From: Octopus sinensis
Taxonomy: Eukaryota
NCBI RefSeq assembly: GCF_006345805.1
Contig: NC_043000.1
Span: 18,972,001-19,036,000, forward strand
Reading direction: 5' to 3'
Length of the DNA: 64,000 nt
The notes beneath the pieces are model-generated. The model saw only the letters and a list, made by a program, of their open reading frames with translations. It made no database searches and had not been told where the DNA came from. This document shows, piece after piece, positions 31,312 through 43,595 of the stretch. The translations under genes were made by a program, and so were the position numbers. Each line of letters opens with the position of its first letter. The stretch's first letter is position 1.

Positions 31312-31582
31312 CGATCTATGTACTTGTGATATTTTTCTGTATTTACCCCCAAACCTTCGTGAGCTGTCTGGAGTAAACATTATCTGAGAGAAATTTTCTT
31401 TAAGTAGTAGAAATGCTAACAAAATTTTTTTGGCTGCTATTTCTACTAAGTTCAGTATGTGGCAAAGTAATTTATTTTACTAAGCCCTAATTATATAATG
31501 TAATATTTTGAATTCGCCTTAAATGGTCCTTTTACATACTGAACACTTGGTGAAATTGATTAATTTTACCCTCAATTGTTGA

Positions 31583-31611
31583 TATATAATATATATATAA
31601 TATATATATAC

Positions 31612-31642
<31 letters not shown>

Positions 31643-31699
31643 CATATATATATATACATATATATATATACATATATATATATACATATATATATATAC

Positions 31700-31740
<41 letters not shown>

Positions 31741-31762
31741 TATATATATACATATATATATA

Positions 31763-31807
<45 letters not shown>

Positions 31808-31837
31808 TATATATACATATATATATAACATATATAT

Positions 31838-31894
<57 letters not shown>

Positions 31895-31946
31895 CATATA
31901 TATATACATATATATATTATATATATATATATATACATATATATAC

Positions 31947-31977
<31 letters not shown>

Positions 31978-32033
31978 ACATATATATACATATATATATA
32001 TATAATATATATATATATATACATATATATAAC

Positions 32034-32076
<43 letters not shown>

Positions 32077-32262
32077 TATATACATTACATATATATATAC
32101 ATATATATACATATATATATATATACATATATATATACATAATATATATACATATATACATATATCATAATATATATATACATATATATATATACATATA
32201 TATATATACATATATATACATATATAATATACATATATATATACATATATATATACATATAC

Positions 32263-32294
<32 letters not shown>

Positions 32295-32313
32295 ATATAT
32301 ACATATACATATA

Positions 32314-32347
<34 letters not shown>

Positions 32348-32433
32348 CATTATATATATATATATATAATATACATATATATATATACATATACATAATT
32401 ATATTATATACATATATATATATATACATATAC

Positions 32434-32500
<67 letters not shown>

Positions 32501-32701
32501 CATATATATATTATATATACATATATAATATACATATATATATATATATAATATATATACATATATATATATATACATATTATATATACATATATATATA
32601 TACATATATACATATATATATACATATATATATATACATAATATATATACATATATATATATACATATATATATATACATATATATATATACATATATAT
32701 A
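31583..32701. repeat. Degenerate (TA)n/(TATATACA) array, ~1.1 kb
   Basis: Direct reading. Confidence 0.97.
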
Positions 32702-32916
32702 TAACGGGAAGCTTTATGAAAATAGACAAAAGACGAAGGCAGGTGGAAAACAAACGAACAATTGTATTAGTATGGCGCTCAGGAAATATAAATAAAACAA
32801 GTCTTAAACGTTTCGAGCCTACGCTCTTCAACAGAAAGATACACAGAGAGAAAAAAAACACAGAAAGAAGGAGAGAAAAAAAATGCGTGCAGTAGCTAAC
32901 GAATCAACATGGCGAC
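32702..32916 (-). mobile_element. PLE-like non-autonomous repeat (related copies 44388-45040 and 45473-45650)
   Basis: Three homologous segments share gtttcgagc(c/t)acgctcttc and lie next to TA arrays. Confidence 0.55.
32802..32839 (-). ncRNA. Minimal hammerhead-like motif (variant core CUGUUGA)
   Basis: ucuu-u CUGUUGA-A GAGC-guag-GCUC GAAA-CG-UU uaaga; ACGU palindrome in place of helix III. Confidence 0.5.
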
Positions 32917-33111
32917 ACATATATATATATATACACATATACGCACACACACACACACACACAAATACACACACATATATATATATATATATATGCATAT
33001 TATTTCATAAAATAATATAAGGATAAAAATCATGTTAATGGTTTTTATCAAGTTGTCAGCATGCTATAAAAAACATTAAATTAATAAAAACGTACATATG
33101 TATATAATTAT

Positions 33112-34217
33112 ATCAAGGGAGATCGGGTGAAAACCACCTTTCTCCAGCATGCTTGAAGTGCCTATACCTTCACAAACTACAAAAAACTCCAGCTAAAATA
33201 TGCACGTGGCTGAAATCAGGTTATTGAGAGAAAAATTTTAAATGATCTCACGTTAATTGTGAATTGGTTCCAATTTCTGGATTAAAGCAAAAAATAACTT
33301 TTTTTCCTTCGTCAACAGAATACACGAATAGGGGAAATAACCGTACATACCGTCCAAAACAAGTTCACATGTCCACATACAAATATTTGCAAAGGAAGGT
33401 CAATTTATAAATCCTCTCACGACAGCCAACATGTATATTATAGGAATAGTCACGCAGTAAATGCAAATATATGGGAAACTACCACCTGTGTCATCTCTTG
33501 TGAAAGGTAGGAGAATCCAGTTTGCTGGACATTGTTGTAGAGCTGAAAAAGAAGTAATTTCTACTCTTCTCCTCTGGAAGCCATCTACTCGCAATACCAG
33601 AGGGCGCACACTCTCCTACCCTGATGTAATCTCCAGGGATACAGGCATCCAGCAACCGGACCTCCGTAATGCCATGATGGACCGTGAAGTCTGGCGTAGC
33701 ATGGTAAATTCCATTGTCTCGACCACGGTCAAACAATGATGATGAAATGCTCTTCCGGTCAGGAGTAAAAATAATTAAATCCTTTTATTTAAATTATTAT
33801 TTATTAATTCATAAATAAATAATAATTTAAATAAAAGGATTTAATTATTTTTACTCCTGACCGGAAGAGCATTTGCTGCTAGACTATTCCGATAATATAC
33901 ACGTTGGCTGTCGTGAGTTGATTTATGAGTTGGCCTTCCTTGGATCTATACGTGCAAATATTCGTATGTAGACGTGTGAACTTGTTTTGGACGGTATGTA
34001 CCCGGGTATTGAGTTGACGAATGAAAAAAAGCTATTTTTTACTTTAATCCAGAAATTGGAACCAATTGCCAATTAACGTGTGGTCTTTTAAAAATTTTTC
34101 TCTCAATAGCCCGATTTCAGCCACGTACATATTTTAGCTGGAGTTTTTGTAGTTTTTGAAAGTATCGGCACTTCAAGCATGCTGGAGAAAGGTGGTTTTC
34201 GTCCGATCTCCCTTGAT
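33112..34217. mobile_element. Foldback/MITE-like element (whole-length imperfect hairpin)
   Basis: 33112-33460 is an imperfect reverse complement of 33875-34217; central palindrome 33745-33874. Confidence 0.75.
33461..33744 (+). mobile_element. RTE 3' fragment inserted in a foldback element
   Basis: ORF 33461-33739, (TGA)n tail, TSD aaatgc. Confidence 0.88.
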
Positions 34218-34258
34218 TTATATATATATATACATACATATATATATATATATATATG

Positions 34259-34730
34259 AAACAATGGCGCAAAGCAGTATTTAGGTATGAGCGCAATTTA
34301 GGTTAGCTGAAATATGTTTGTCACATATTTCAACTGCTAAAGGTAAATACACTGCAGTTACCGTGAAGAAAAATCTCTCTTATGGTAAAAATGTGTGAAA
34401 ACACCAGTTCGTTCAGTGTCGCCATCTGTTAGGAATCTCAGATATCGATGTTTCGAATTTTTTGAATCTTGTCAAAGAGATGTAGCTAAGAGAGACAAGT
34501 CTGAACGAACTAAATAAAATTTGTAGCTTTATACATAATTTAGTCAACACGTTCACTGATTTCGGCTAGTAGATCGCCTGATCGAGAGAAATAGCGAAGC
34601 ATTGACGCAAAGCAGTTTATCCAGGTATAAGCAGTTTAGGTTAGTTGAAATATGTTTGTCACATATTTCAACTGTTGAAGGCAAATGCACTTCAGTTACC
34701 GTGGAGAAAATATCTCTCTTGTGGTATATA
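34259..34730 (-). mobile_element. PLE-like remnant with partial tandem repeat (34265-34386 and 34605-34726) around a hammerhead-like motif
   Basis: ~120-bp diverged direct repeats flanking the motif. Confidence 0.5.
34435..34481 (-). ncRNA. Degenerate hammerhead-like motif with U3-A8 core
   Basis: aucucu UUGACAA ga..uc GAAA CAUCGAUA UC ugagau. Confidence 0.4.
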
Positions 34731-34736
34731 TGTGTA

Positions 34737-35194
34737 TCTCTCTATATATAAACGGCAGTTTGTCTGTCTGTGTGTCTGTCAGGTTGTACCCTCACTCTGA
34801 CCACGGCTTTCAACTGATTCTGATGAAACTTGACACACACATAGCCCAATGTCATAATTCAAAACTAACGCAGCGAAAATTTTGAAAAGTTCCCCCAGTT
34901 CTGAAAAAATCGATAAATCCGACATGGGGTCGAGAATCTAAGCTTTTTATATGCAACACATTTTCTGGGCTGTACATGGGCTGTTCACGCGTTGGGGAGG
35001 CGCAATGATGTTTTCATGTTTTCGCCCAAAGGGACAGCTAGGAACATCGTATACACAGAAGTATTCGAGTGAAGAGAAGACATTGCAACCTACACATGTG
35101 CCTTCGTTCCCTAGAGGGAAAGGACTAGATTGGGATTAGTCGTTGCCTACTAGAGGCTCTTACATACCCGGGCAACGCCGAGCTATGCTGCTAG
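34737..35194 (+). mobile_element. Non-autonomous Helitron-like element
   Basis: A|TCTC...CTAG|T ends; subterminal cccgggcaacgccg. Confidence 0.75.
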
Positions 35195-35213
35195 TCATAT
35201 ATAAAGCTGTAAG

Positions 35214-35254
35214 GTGACAAGAGTAAAAAACCTCGAAACATCGATGTCTGAGAT
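35214..35254 (+). ncRNA. Hammerhead-like motif, same family, 5'-truncated
   Basis: gUGACAA GAG-uaaaaaac-CUC GAA ACAUCGAUGU C ugagau; perfect 10-nt palindromic helix III. Confidence 0.45.
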
Positions 35255-35255
35255 T

Positions 35256-35404
35256 TATAGAGGGCATTATTACACATTAATGCCACACGCTAGGAGGGAC
35301 CATTCAAAGTCAATACTACCAAACATAAACGTTTATGTTGGTAGTATTGACTTTGAATGGTTCCTCCTAGCGTGTGGCATTAATGTGTAATAATGCCCTC
35401 TATA
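35256..35404. repeat. ~149-bp near-perfect palindrome
   Basis: Arms centred on aacataaac|gtttatgtt; one mismatch and one indel. Confidence 0.9.
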
Positions 35405-35529
35405 TAATATAAATAAATATTTTCAAGTGAAAAAATTTTCAGATTTTTTCTCTTATGAGGTTTTTCACGCTAACTACCTGATAATTTCTTGTTAAGATTT
35501 CTTTTCAAGATTTTATCCTTAATTGTTAA

Positions 35530-35598
<69 letters not shown>

Positions 35599-35806
35599 TA
35601 TATATATGAATAAATAAATATTTAATTTACACCTGCGTTAACTGGATTTATTTATTCATATATTATTCAAAATATTCCACGTAAACACGAAGTATTCTAC
35701 CTTTATAAACAAGGAGTTACAACATCTTTACTTGTGAGATTTTTGCTACCCTGGTAACTATTTATTTATTTTTTCCGTGTTAATTGTTAACAAGGTAAAA
35801 ATACAC

Positions 35807-35892
<86 letters not shown>

Positions 35893-36181
35893 TATATATA
35901 TACGACGGGCTTCTTTTAGTTACTATCAAATTCACTAATAAGGCTTTGGTCGGACCGGAGCTATAGTAATTGACACTTGTCCAAGTTGCTGAGCAGTGGG
36001 ACCGAACCCAAGACTTGCAAGGTGGGGAAGCAAGCTTCTTTCTTTTTATATTTCTTCGTATTTGCTGTCTTTTTTTTACATTTATTTCAGTGCTACAATT
36101 TCTCGTGAAGGCTAAAATTAGTTGATTTTGTTTATTAGAACATCCATGAAAGACTATTAGAAAGGCAAATTAAATATATAC

Positions 36182-36300
36182 CTTATAACCAGACACTGTA
36201 TCTGCATCCACTGATTCCACAGTAACACCTCTAAACGTCACTAATACACTATCAGGACCATGTGAATAGACGTTTACTTCGGTTGGATATGCCCCAGGAG
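36182..36300 (-). CDS. CNTN: Contactin exon j (FN3-4 N-half: APGAYPTEVNVYSHGPDSVLVTFRGVTVESVDADTVSGYK)
   Basis: ttaaag/gtatat, phase 1->0. Confidence 0.88.
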
Positions 36301-36942
36301 CTTTAAAACAGCAAAAAAGAATGTATATATATTTTAGTCATCTATGAACACCAGACTGTGTCACCAAGTTGTAAACATTTCATTTTACTAACATATTTTA
36401 TGGAATATCTGATTTCTTATGAAGGGAAATAATATATTTCTCACAACTATTTTTTCTCTGCGAATATTCAGCGAAAACATTCTAATGAAAGAAATGCTTT
36501 GTATAAATCCAGAACGTCGTGCTGAGAAACATATCATTGTCACAAGTTTCGAATAGTTTCAAATGAAACCATAGACATCAGCCTAAAGAAATTTGGTTGA
36601 ATTACGTGTTGAGGTAACTGGGTGATAAATGAGTAATCCATTTAAATATTTAATTTAAATAGCTTATATTCCTTTAGCGGCTCACTGTGTTGCGTAAATG
36701 TTTGATTAGTTTAAATTTAAGTATAGTCGTACAAAATGTGTGTTTGTGTGTAAATGTATACGAGTGAAGTAGTATGTGGGTGAGTGTGTATGTTTGGGTA
36801 CACGTGACTTGTATCTCTGGCAAATATTGTTCTGGTTTTATATCCTATGAGGGTTTTAGAAAGGAGGAAAAGATTTACACTAAAATAAAATATTAACAAT
36901 GTTACACCAAACTGGGAATTATTTTCGAAGCTGAAGAAAAGT

Positions 36943-37377
36943 GGATCTTTTCGGTTTGACCGGCAGTTTTTAAAAATAATTTCCACGTAACTAAACACTT
37001 TTAAACTTTGTATACTGGTAGAATATGTTTATAAAACATCTTTTTCTCTTGGCTTTATTGAGAAAATTCTATAGTTTGTAAGATATTTGTTGTTTTTTTT
37101 TCTTCAATTTCTGCAAGTTCAACCAATCAATGACGTCTATTGAGGTGAAAACATTCTGTGCCGTATGAATATGTCCCTCGTTTAAGAAACAGATTGGGTT
37201 TATTTACATTTCTGAAGAATAAAATATACCCTACCCCCACCCCTAACCCTAACCCTAACTCTAACCCTAACCATAAAACAGATTGAAATGCAATAGATCG
37301 ATACTAGGGTCAGAATTATGGGTAACAATTTCATATGACACCGCTAGAAAAAACTGCCGGTCAAACCGAAAAGATCC
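36943..37377. mobile_element. MITE with 29-bp TIRs and internal CCCTAA repeats
   Basis: ggatcttttcggtttgaccggcagttttt / aaaaactgccggtcaaaccgaaaagatcc. Confidence 0.8.
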
Positions 37378-37553
37378 GAAAAAGTAGTTTAGTTGGGTTT
37401 TTCATGAACATGAGAGTTTGAAAAAGTAAGTTTGCGAGCTAATTAATAATAATTCTTTATTTTTTTATATTAGGAATAAGCGTAAACTAACTAAAATTCA
37501 AACTGGAAAGATTATCAAATATATCATTATATAAGCATTTGAACAATACTAAC

Positions 37554-37740
37554 CTTCCATTCCAGTGGTACCGAGATAAGTTTCACTGACAGGTCCTAGT
37601 CCAGCAGTATTAAAAACTTGTACAGTAACCAAGTAATAAGCATTTGGAAGAAGGCCGATCACCACAGTTTTTCCTTCAGTGTTATACTGACGCACAGAAT
37701 ACCTGATAGGTTCGTCTTTGTCTCGATCCCAGTAGTTCAC
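37554..37740 (-). CDS. CNTN: Contactin exon i (FN3-3 C-half: VNYWDRDKDEP...QVFNTAGLGPVSETYLGTTGME)
   Basis: ttccag/gttagt, phase 0->1; overlaps ORF 37549..37755. Confidence 0.93.
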
Positions 37741-37841
37741 CTGGAAAAATATCAAACAATTAGCTTGATGAGTAACGTGTCATTCTTACTATATATATTC
37801 AACTTCATGTGTTAATAATTGTAATGAAATCTTAATAACTT

Positions 37842-37890
<49 letters not shown>

Positions 37891-38169
37891 CGCACACACA
37901 CACACACGCACGCACACACACACACACACACACGCACACACACACACACACATGCTTTAAGATGCCTTCCTGTTTTACAAATAAAATTTGTTTTTTTACA
38001 AAGATTAGTTATAATCAGTCTAAACTAAATTAATTAAAAGTTAGTTAAATTTATCTGTGACTAGTTTAAATTTCGAGCAAAACTTCAAAGCAATAGCAAA
38101 ATTTGTGTTGTTTAATGTGTTAATTAAGCTGATTAACACGTATATTCACTATTTACTTTGAATAATTAC

Positions 38170-38291
38170 CTGATAACCTTGTACACGACCCCGCATCACT
38201 TCCCGCGTGTCACTTACTGGATCCCAGGTAACATCCATTGCCGTTCCGTTGTAATCTGCGGCGAATACGTTCACTGGGACTCCCAGGGGCA
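38170..38291 (-). CDS. CNTN: Contactin exon h (FN3-3 N-half: PLGVPVNVFAADYNGTAMDVTWDPVSDTREVMRGRVQGYQ)
   Basis: ttcag/gtaatt, phase 1->0. Confidence 0.93.
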
Positions 38292-40159
38292 CTGAAATGA
38301 ATATTATTTGTCTGTAAACAGCAATATTTACTAACTGACAGATTAAAAAACAAACAATCTAAACAACAGCAATACGAAATGCAGAGAAGATCTCACAACG
38401 TTAGAGCAGGTGTTTGTAGAAATAACTGATTTTTCCCCGAAATACTTGATTAAACTCAGTAGGATTTTAAAAATAGGGTGGCTTACTAGAGTATTTTCAA
38501 AATTGTAGTTACAAAGAAAATCTCCTAAACAACTTTCAGCAATCAAATCCTAACTCTAGGTTTGTTTTCTTCGTTTACATAACTTGCAAAATCTTGTCGA
38601 TATGCATCTATATAATAGACGGACGATGGAAACATTTTCTTTCTCAGTGCAGTCTGTATGTATTCCTCATAAATATTCTATACTGAATATTGTCTGCCTC
38701 ATTGTTTCAGTTTTTCTTTTAGCTGTTTTAAACATTTTAAACATTTTAAACATAGGCGCAGGAGTGGCTGTGTGGTAAGTAGCTTGCTTACCAACCACAT
38801 GGTTCCAGGTTCAGTCCCACTGCGTGGCATCTTGGGCAAGTGTCTTCTGCTATAGCCCCGGGCCGACCAATGCCTTGTGAGTGGATTTGGTAGACGGAAA
38901 CTGAAAGAAGCCTGTCGTATATATGTATATATATATATGTGTGTGTGTGTGTGTATATGTTTGTGTGCCTGTGTTTGTCCCCCCCCTAGCATTGCTTGAC
39001 AACCGATGCTGGTGTGTTTACGTCCCCGTCACTTAGCGGTTCGGCAAAAGAGACCGATAGAATAAGTACTGGGCTTACAAAGAATAAGTCCCGGGTCGAT
39101 TTGCTTGACTAAAAAGGCGGTGCCCAGCATGGCCGCAGTCAAATGACTGAAACAAGTAAAAGAGTAAAAGAGTATACTCCTATGCTGTGCGCTTGTGCGA
39201 GTGCACAAATTTGAACACCAGGAAAAGGAGAAAATGTATGTACACATCATATTTTGATCGGTCTTTTTCTGTGGTTGTGTGACCGTTTTACTCTTTATTT
39301 TTACTTCCTTCGCACAACATTATTGTCTATATTGGTAGGTTCAATGCTCCACAGTGGTTACTACCTAGCTTCATACCGGACGTGAAATTTCAAACTGTAA
39401 GACAATGAACTTTCCATACACTCATATATGCATATATCACCGTGATCACCATGACCGACCAGGCTATCAGATGTTGCTACACATCGCTGGTCACAATGCA
39501 CTTCGCATTGTTTTAGCCTTCAAATGACTCCATCCCACTGGCTAAGCGAGCAGGCCAACAGAAGAAAGAGTGAGAGAAAGGTGGCGCGAAAGAGTACAGC
39601 AGGGATCACCACAACCCCCTACCGGAGCCTCGTGGAGCTTTAGGTGTTTTCGCTCAATAAACACTCACAACGCCCGGTCTGGGAATCGAAACCGCGATCC
39701 TACGACCGCGAGTCCGCTGCCCTAACCACTGGTCCATTATATATATATATAGGAGTGGCTGTGTGGTAAGTAGCTTGCTAACCAACCACATGGTTCCGGG
39801 TTCAGTCCCACTGCGTGGCATCTTGGGCAAGTGTCTTCTACTATAGCCCCGGGCCGACCAATGTCTTGTGAGTGGATTTGGTAGACGGAAACTGAAAGAA
39901 GCCCGTCGTATATATGTATATATATATATATATATGCGTGTGTGTGTTTGTGTGTCTGTGTTTATACCTCTAGCATTGCTTGACAACCGATGCTGGTGTG
40001 TTTATGTCCCCGTCACTTAGCGGTTCGGCAAAAGAGACCGATAGAATAAGTACTGGGCTTACAAAAAGAATATGTCCCGGGGTCGAGTTGCTCGATTAAA
40101 GTCGGTGCTCCAGCATGGCCGCAGTCAAATGACTGAAACAAGTAAAAGAGTAAAAGAGT

Positions 40160-40160
40160 A

Positions 40161-40199
<39 letters not shown>

Positions 40200-40228
40200 A
40201 TATATATTATTATATATATATATATTAT

Positions 40229-40319
<91 letters not shown>

Positions 40320-40390
40320 ATATATATATATATGTATATATATATATGTATATATATGTATATATGTATATATATATATATGTATATATG

Positions 40391-40444
<54 letters not shown>

Positions 40445-40520
40445 ATTTATATATATATATATATATATGCACACCACACACACACACACACACACACACA
40501 CACCACATATATATATAGAT
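40160..40520. repeat. (TA)n/(CA)n compound microsatellite
   Basis: Direct reading. Confidence 0.95.
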
Positions 40521-40844
40521 ATATATGTATTCTTCTGTATCGAGAATGTAGTTTCTTCTTCGTTCTCATCTTTATTAGATAATATTCACATTTGTAGTTA
40601 TATTTAAAGACATTTTCTGAGTAATGTGCTCTACTTTCCTTATCTCTGATTTTCCTTTCCTGCACCAAATAATTACATATGTATTGCTTCTCTTTTGTAC
40701 GTTTAATCTTTCTGGAATTCATACTTGGATACAAAGAAACTATAAACATTATTCACTTCATCTAATCAGAGAGAACTTGCACAAGTTTCCTATGAAGGTT
40801 AAATTTTTCTTTGAGAAGTCAAAACTAAAAAGTTTATATCTTAC

Positions 40845-40989
40845 TGTCTTCAGCAGAAAAGATCGTATGGATGGTTGAATTCGGTCCGAAGCCAAAATCG
40901 TTAAATGCTTGGATTTTTACTTCATACTCCGTGTAAAATTTGTCTGCCACGTAAGTTACAAAGGATGATAGGGACCCTCTAATCCTTTC
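40845..40989 (-). CDS. CNTN: Contactin exon g (FN3-2 end: ERIRGSLSSFVTYVADKFYTEYEVKIQAFNDFGFGPNSTIHTIFSAED)
   Basis: ttttag/gtaaga, phase 0->1; YEVKIQAFN-G-GP...SAED motif. Confidence 0.93.
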
Positions 40990-41241
40990 CTAAAACAAAC
41001 AAGACATAACCAAAACAATAGAAAAAATGAACAAAAATAGAAAACCAAAATGGACATTTAAATATTTGTTAAAAAATATTTTTGACAATGATTTCTATAC
41101 ATAATGGATATTGTGGAGATGAAAAACACTCTTCGCTGTATTCCATATTTAACACATTTTGATTAATTAAAACCTTAAAAGCTCTCCCTTCTGTCTTTTT
41201 TTAATGTTCACATTAATCTAAAAAGTCCTGGCTACATCAAA

Positions 41242-41623
41242 TGGAAGCACTCCGTCGGTTACGACGACGAGGGTTCCGGTTGATCCGATCAACGGAACAG
41301 CCTGCTCGTGAAATTAACGTGTTAGTGGCTGAGCACTCCACAGACACGTGTACCCTTAACGTAGTTCTCGGGGATATTCAGCGTGACACAGAGAGTGACA
41401 AGGCCGGCCCTTTGAAATACAGGTACAACAGAAACAGGAAGTAAGAGTGAGAGAAAGTTGTGGTGAAAGAGTACAGCAGGGATCACCACCATCCCCTGCC
41501 GGAGCCTCGTGGAGCTTTAGGTGTTTTCGCTCCATAAACACTCACAACGCCCGGTCTGGGAATCGAAACCGCGATCCTATGACCGCGAGTCTGCTGCCCT
41601 AACCACTGGGCCATTGCGCCTCC
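41242..41623 (-). mobile_element. SINE B
   Basis: TSD ctacatcaaat. Confidence 0.9.
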
Positions 41624-42799
41624 CTACATCAAATAAGCTAGCATTCATTTGAGTAGGTGGGAATGGGGTCGACGGTTCATATTCCGTCGTCCTTGTTACG
41701 TCCGGTTATGGAGATGGGATTTTAACTGTGATAGTTACCTTGAAAATATTACAGCAATTGATTCACTATATAATATACAATTTCGTTATCTTACATTCTG
41801 TTCAAATACTTTCATGGATTATTGACAAAAAGACGAATAGAAACTCTATTTACTGATAATTATTGTTTACAAGCAAGGTAGAATAATTTCGTTTACAAGC
41901 ACCTTACAAAGCCGAAAATCGATTCATTCTTAACTTCTGTTTAATTCTCGAGAGACGAGTTTTCAGAGCCTTTAAGGGCTTTTGGGTATTATGCATCGCA
42001 GTATTTGTTCAGAGTGTCTGAGTTCATGTCCCACCGAGGTCAACATTGCATAACTGTTTTTCTGGGTCGATACAAAGCACCAGCCCATTGAGTTGGTTGG
42101 CGGAACTATTAGAACATTAAGCAAAATGTCTTGTGGTATATGTTCCGGTTCCGGTTCTTTGTGTTTTCAGATCAACGCCTGCAACGACTAATACCAAACT
42201 GCCTCAGTTCAAATCGGCAGCCTTTCTCTTTGATAAACATCAGTAACTAAAAGATATTGCTCAGGCCTGCACTTACATGTGCAGACACATGGACTTTGAC
42301 TGACGAAGGCTCTATATAGCTCTCAAGTCAGAGGAAACCTATGACTAAAAGCGTTCTAGTCGTGACCAACCGTTTTAATTTCTTCAAAAATATATTAAGG
42401 ATATTGTTCAATTTTCCTTCCATTAAAAAAAAAAGACGATAAGATGTAATTTGAGAGATATTCGGCTGCTATTTCTAGCCAGAGGGTCGATTGCAAAGCG
42501 TCTTTGTTCGCTAGCTAAAATAGTAATTTGCAGAATCACCATTTCTACTTAATTGGATTGTCCAAGGAGTTGTTGGGTAAAATAGCACAAAGGACTGATT
42601 TAGTTTGGACTGATTGACTATACATTATCGTACTAGAGAAATTACTCTTCTAAAATTTATTCTTATTAATCTATTGTTTAGAAATTTGAAATTTACCATA
42701 TCATAATGTTACGTGACCTTCATTCGTAGTCATCATTATTGGGTTTTGATCATTAGGGATAAGATAGAGTAGGAATCATTGCGACAGAATGTCAATATC

Positions 42800-43595
42800 C
42801 TTTCTGTCATAGGCACAAGGCTTGGAATTTTGGGGGAGGGGTACAGCCGACCCCCAGTGCGCAACAGACAAACGGATTAAGTCGATTATATCGACCCCAG
42901 TGCGTAACTGGTACTTATTTGATCGACCTCGAAAGGATGAAAGGCAAAGTCGACCTCGGCGGAATTTGAACTCAGAACGTAGCAGCTGACGAAATACCTA
43001 TTTCTTTACTACCCACAAGGAGCTAAACACAGAGGAGACAAACAAGGACAGACAAACGGATTAAGTCGATTATATCGACCCCAGTGCGTAATTGGTACTT
43101 ATTTGATCGACCCCGAAGGGATAAAAGGTAAAGTCGACCTCGGCGGAATTTGAACTCACAACGTAACGGCAGACGAAATACCTATTTCTTTACTACCCAC
43201 AAGAAACTAAGCACAGAGGGGGAGAAACAAGGACAGACAAAGGTATTAAGTCGATTACATCGATCCCAGTGCGTAACTGGTACTTAATTTATCGACCCCG
43301 GAAGGATGAAAGGCAAAGTCGACCTCGGCGGAATTTGAACTCAGAACGTAGCAGCTGACGAAATACCTATTTCTATTTCTTCACTACCCATAAGGAACTA
43401 AACACAGAGGGGACAAACAAGGACAGACAAACGGATTAAGTCGATTACATCGACCCCAGTGCGTAACTGGTACTTAATTTATCGACCCTGGAAGGATGAA
43501 AGGCAAAGTCGACCTCGGCGGAATTTGAACTCAGAATGTAGCGGCAGACGAAATACCGCTACGCATTTCATCCAGGGTGCTAACGATTCTGCCTA
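42800..43595 (-). mobile_element. Tandem array of SINE family C (one head, about four ~185-bp units)
   Basis: Units restart near 42865, 43049, 43234 and 43424. Confidence 0.88.

Larger units (their letters stand above)
30833..31582. mobile_element. Inverted pair of Penelope-like terminal repeats (arms 30833-31106 and 31229-31499)
   Basis: ~270-bp arms differ at about 4 positions; each carries a hammerhead; both ends sit in TA arrays. Confidence 0.7.

Noticed and set aside
33855-33925. ctgaccgg...gataa in the foldback arm resembling a hammerhead
   Set aside because: Lacks G8/A9 and GAAA; the other arm does not conserve it
42296-42350. ctgacgaaggct...gaaacc and similar weak motifs (7800-7840, 63100-63140)
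   Set aside because: Helices I and III cannot be formed convincingly; too degenerate to call
42860-43595. Regular ~185-bp repeats suggesting a CRISPR array or retrozyme
   Set aside because: No unique spacers and eukaryotic context; no hammerhead core found in the unit (ctgacgaaa lacks helix II and a downstream GAAA)
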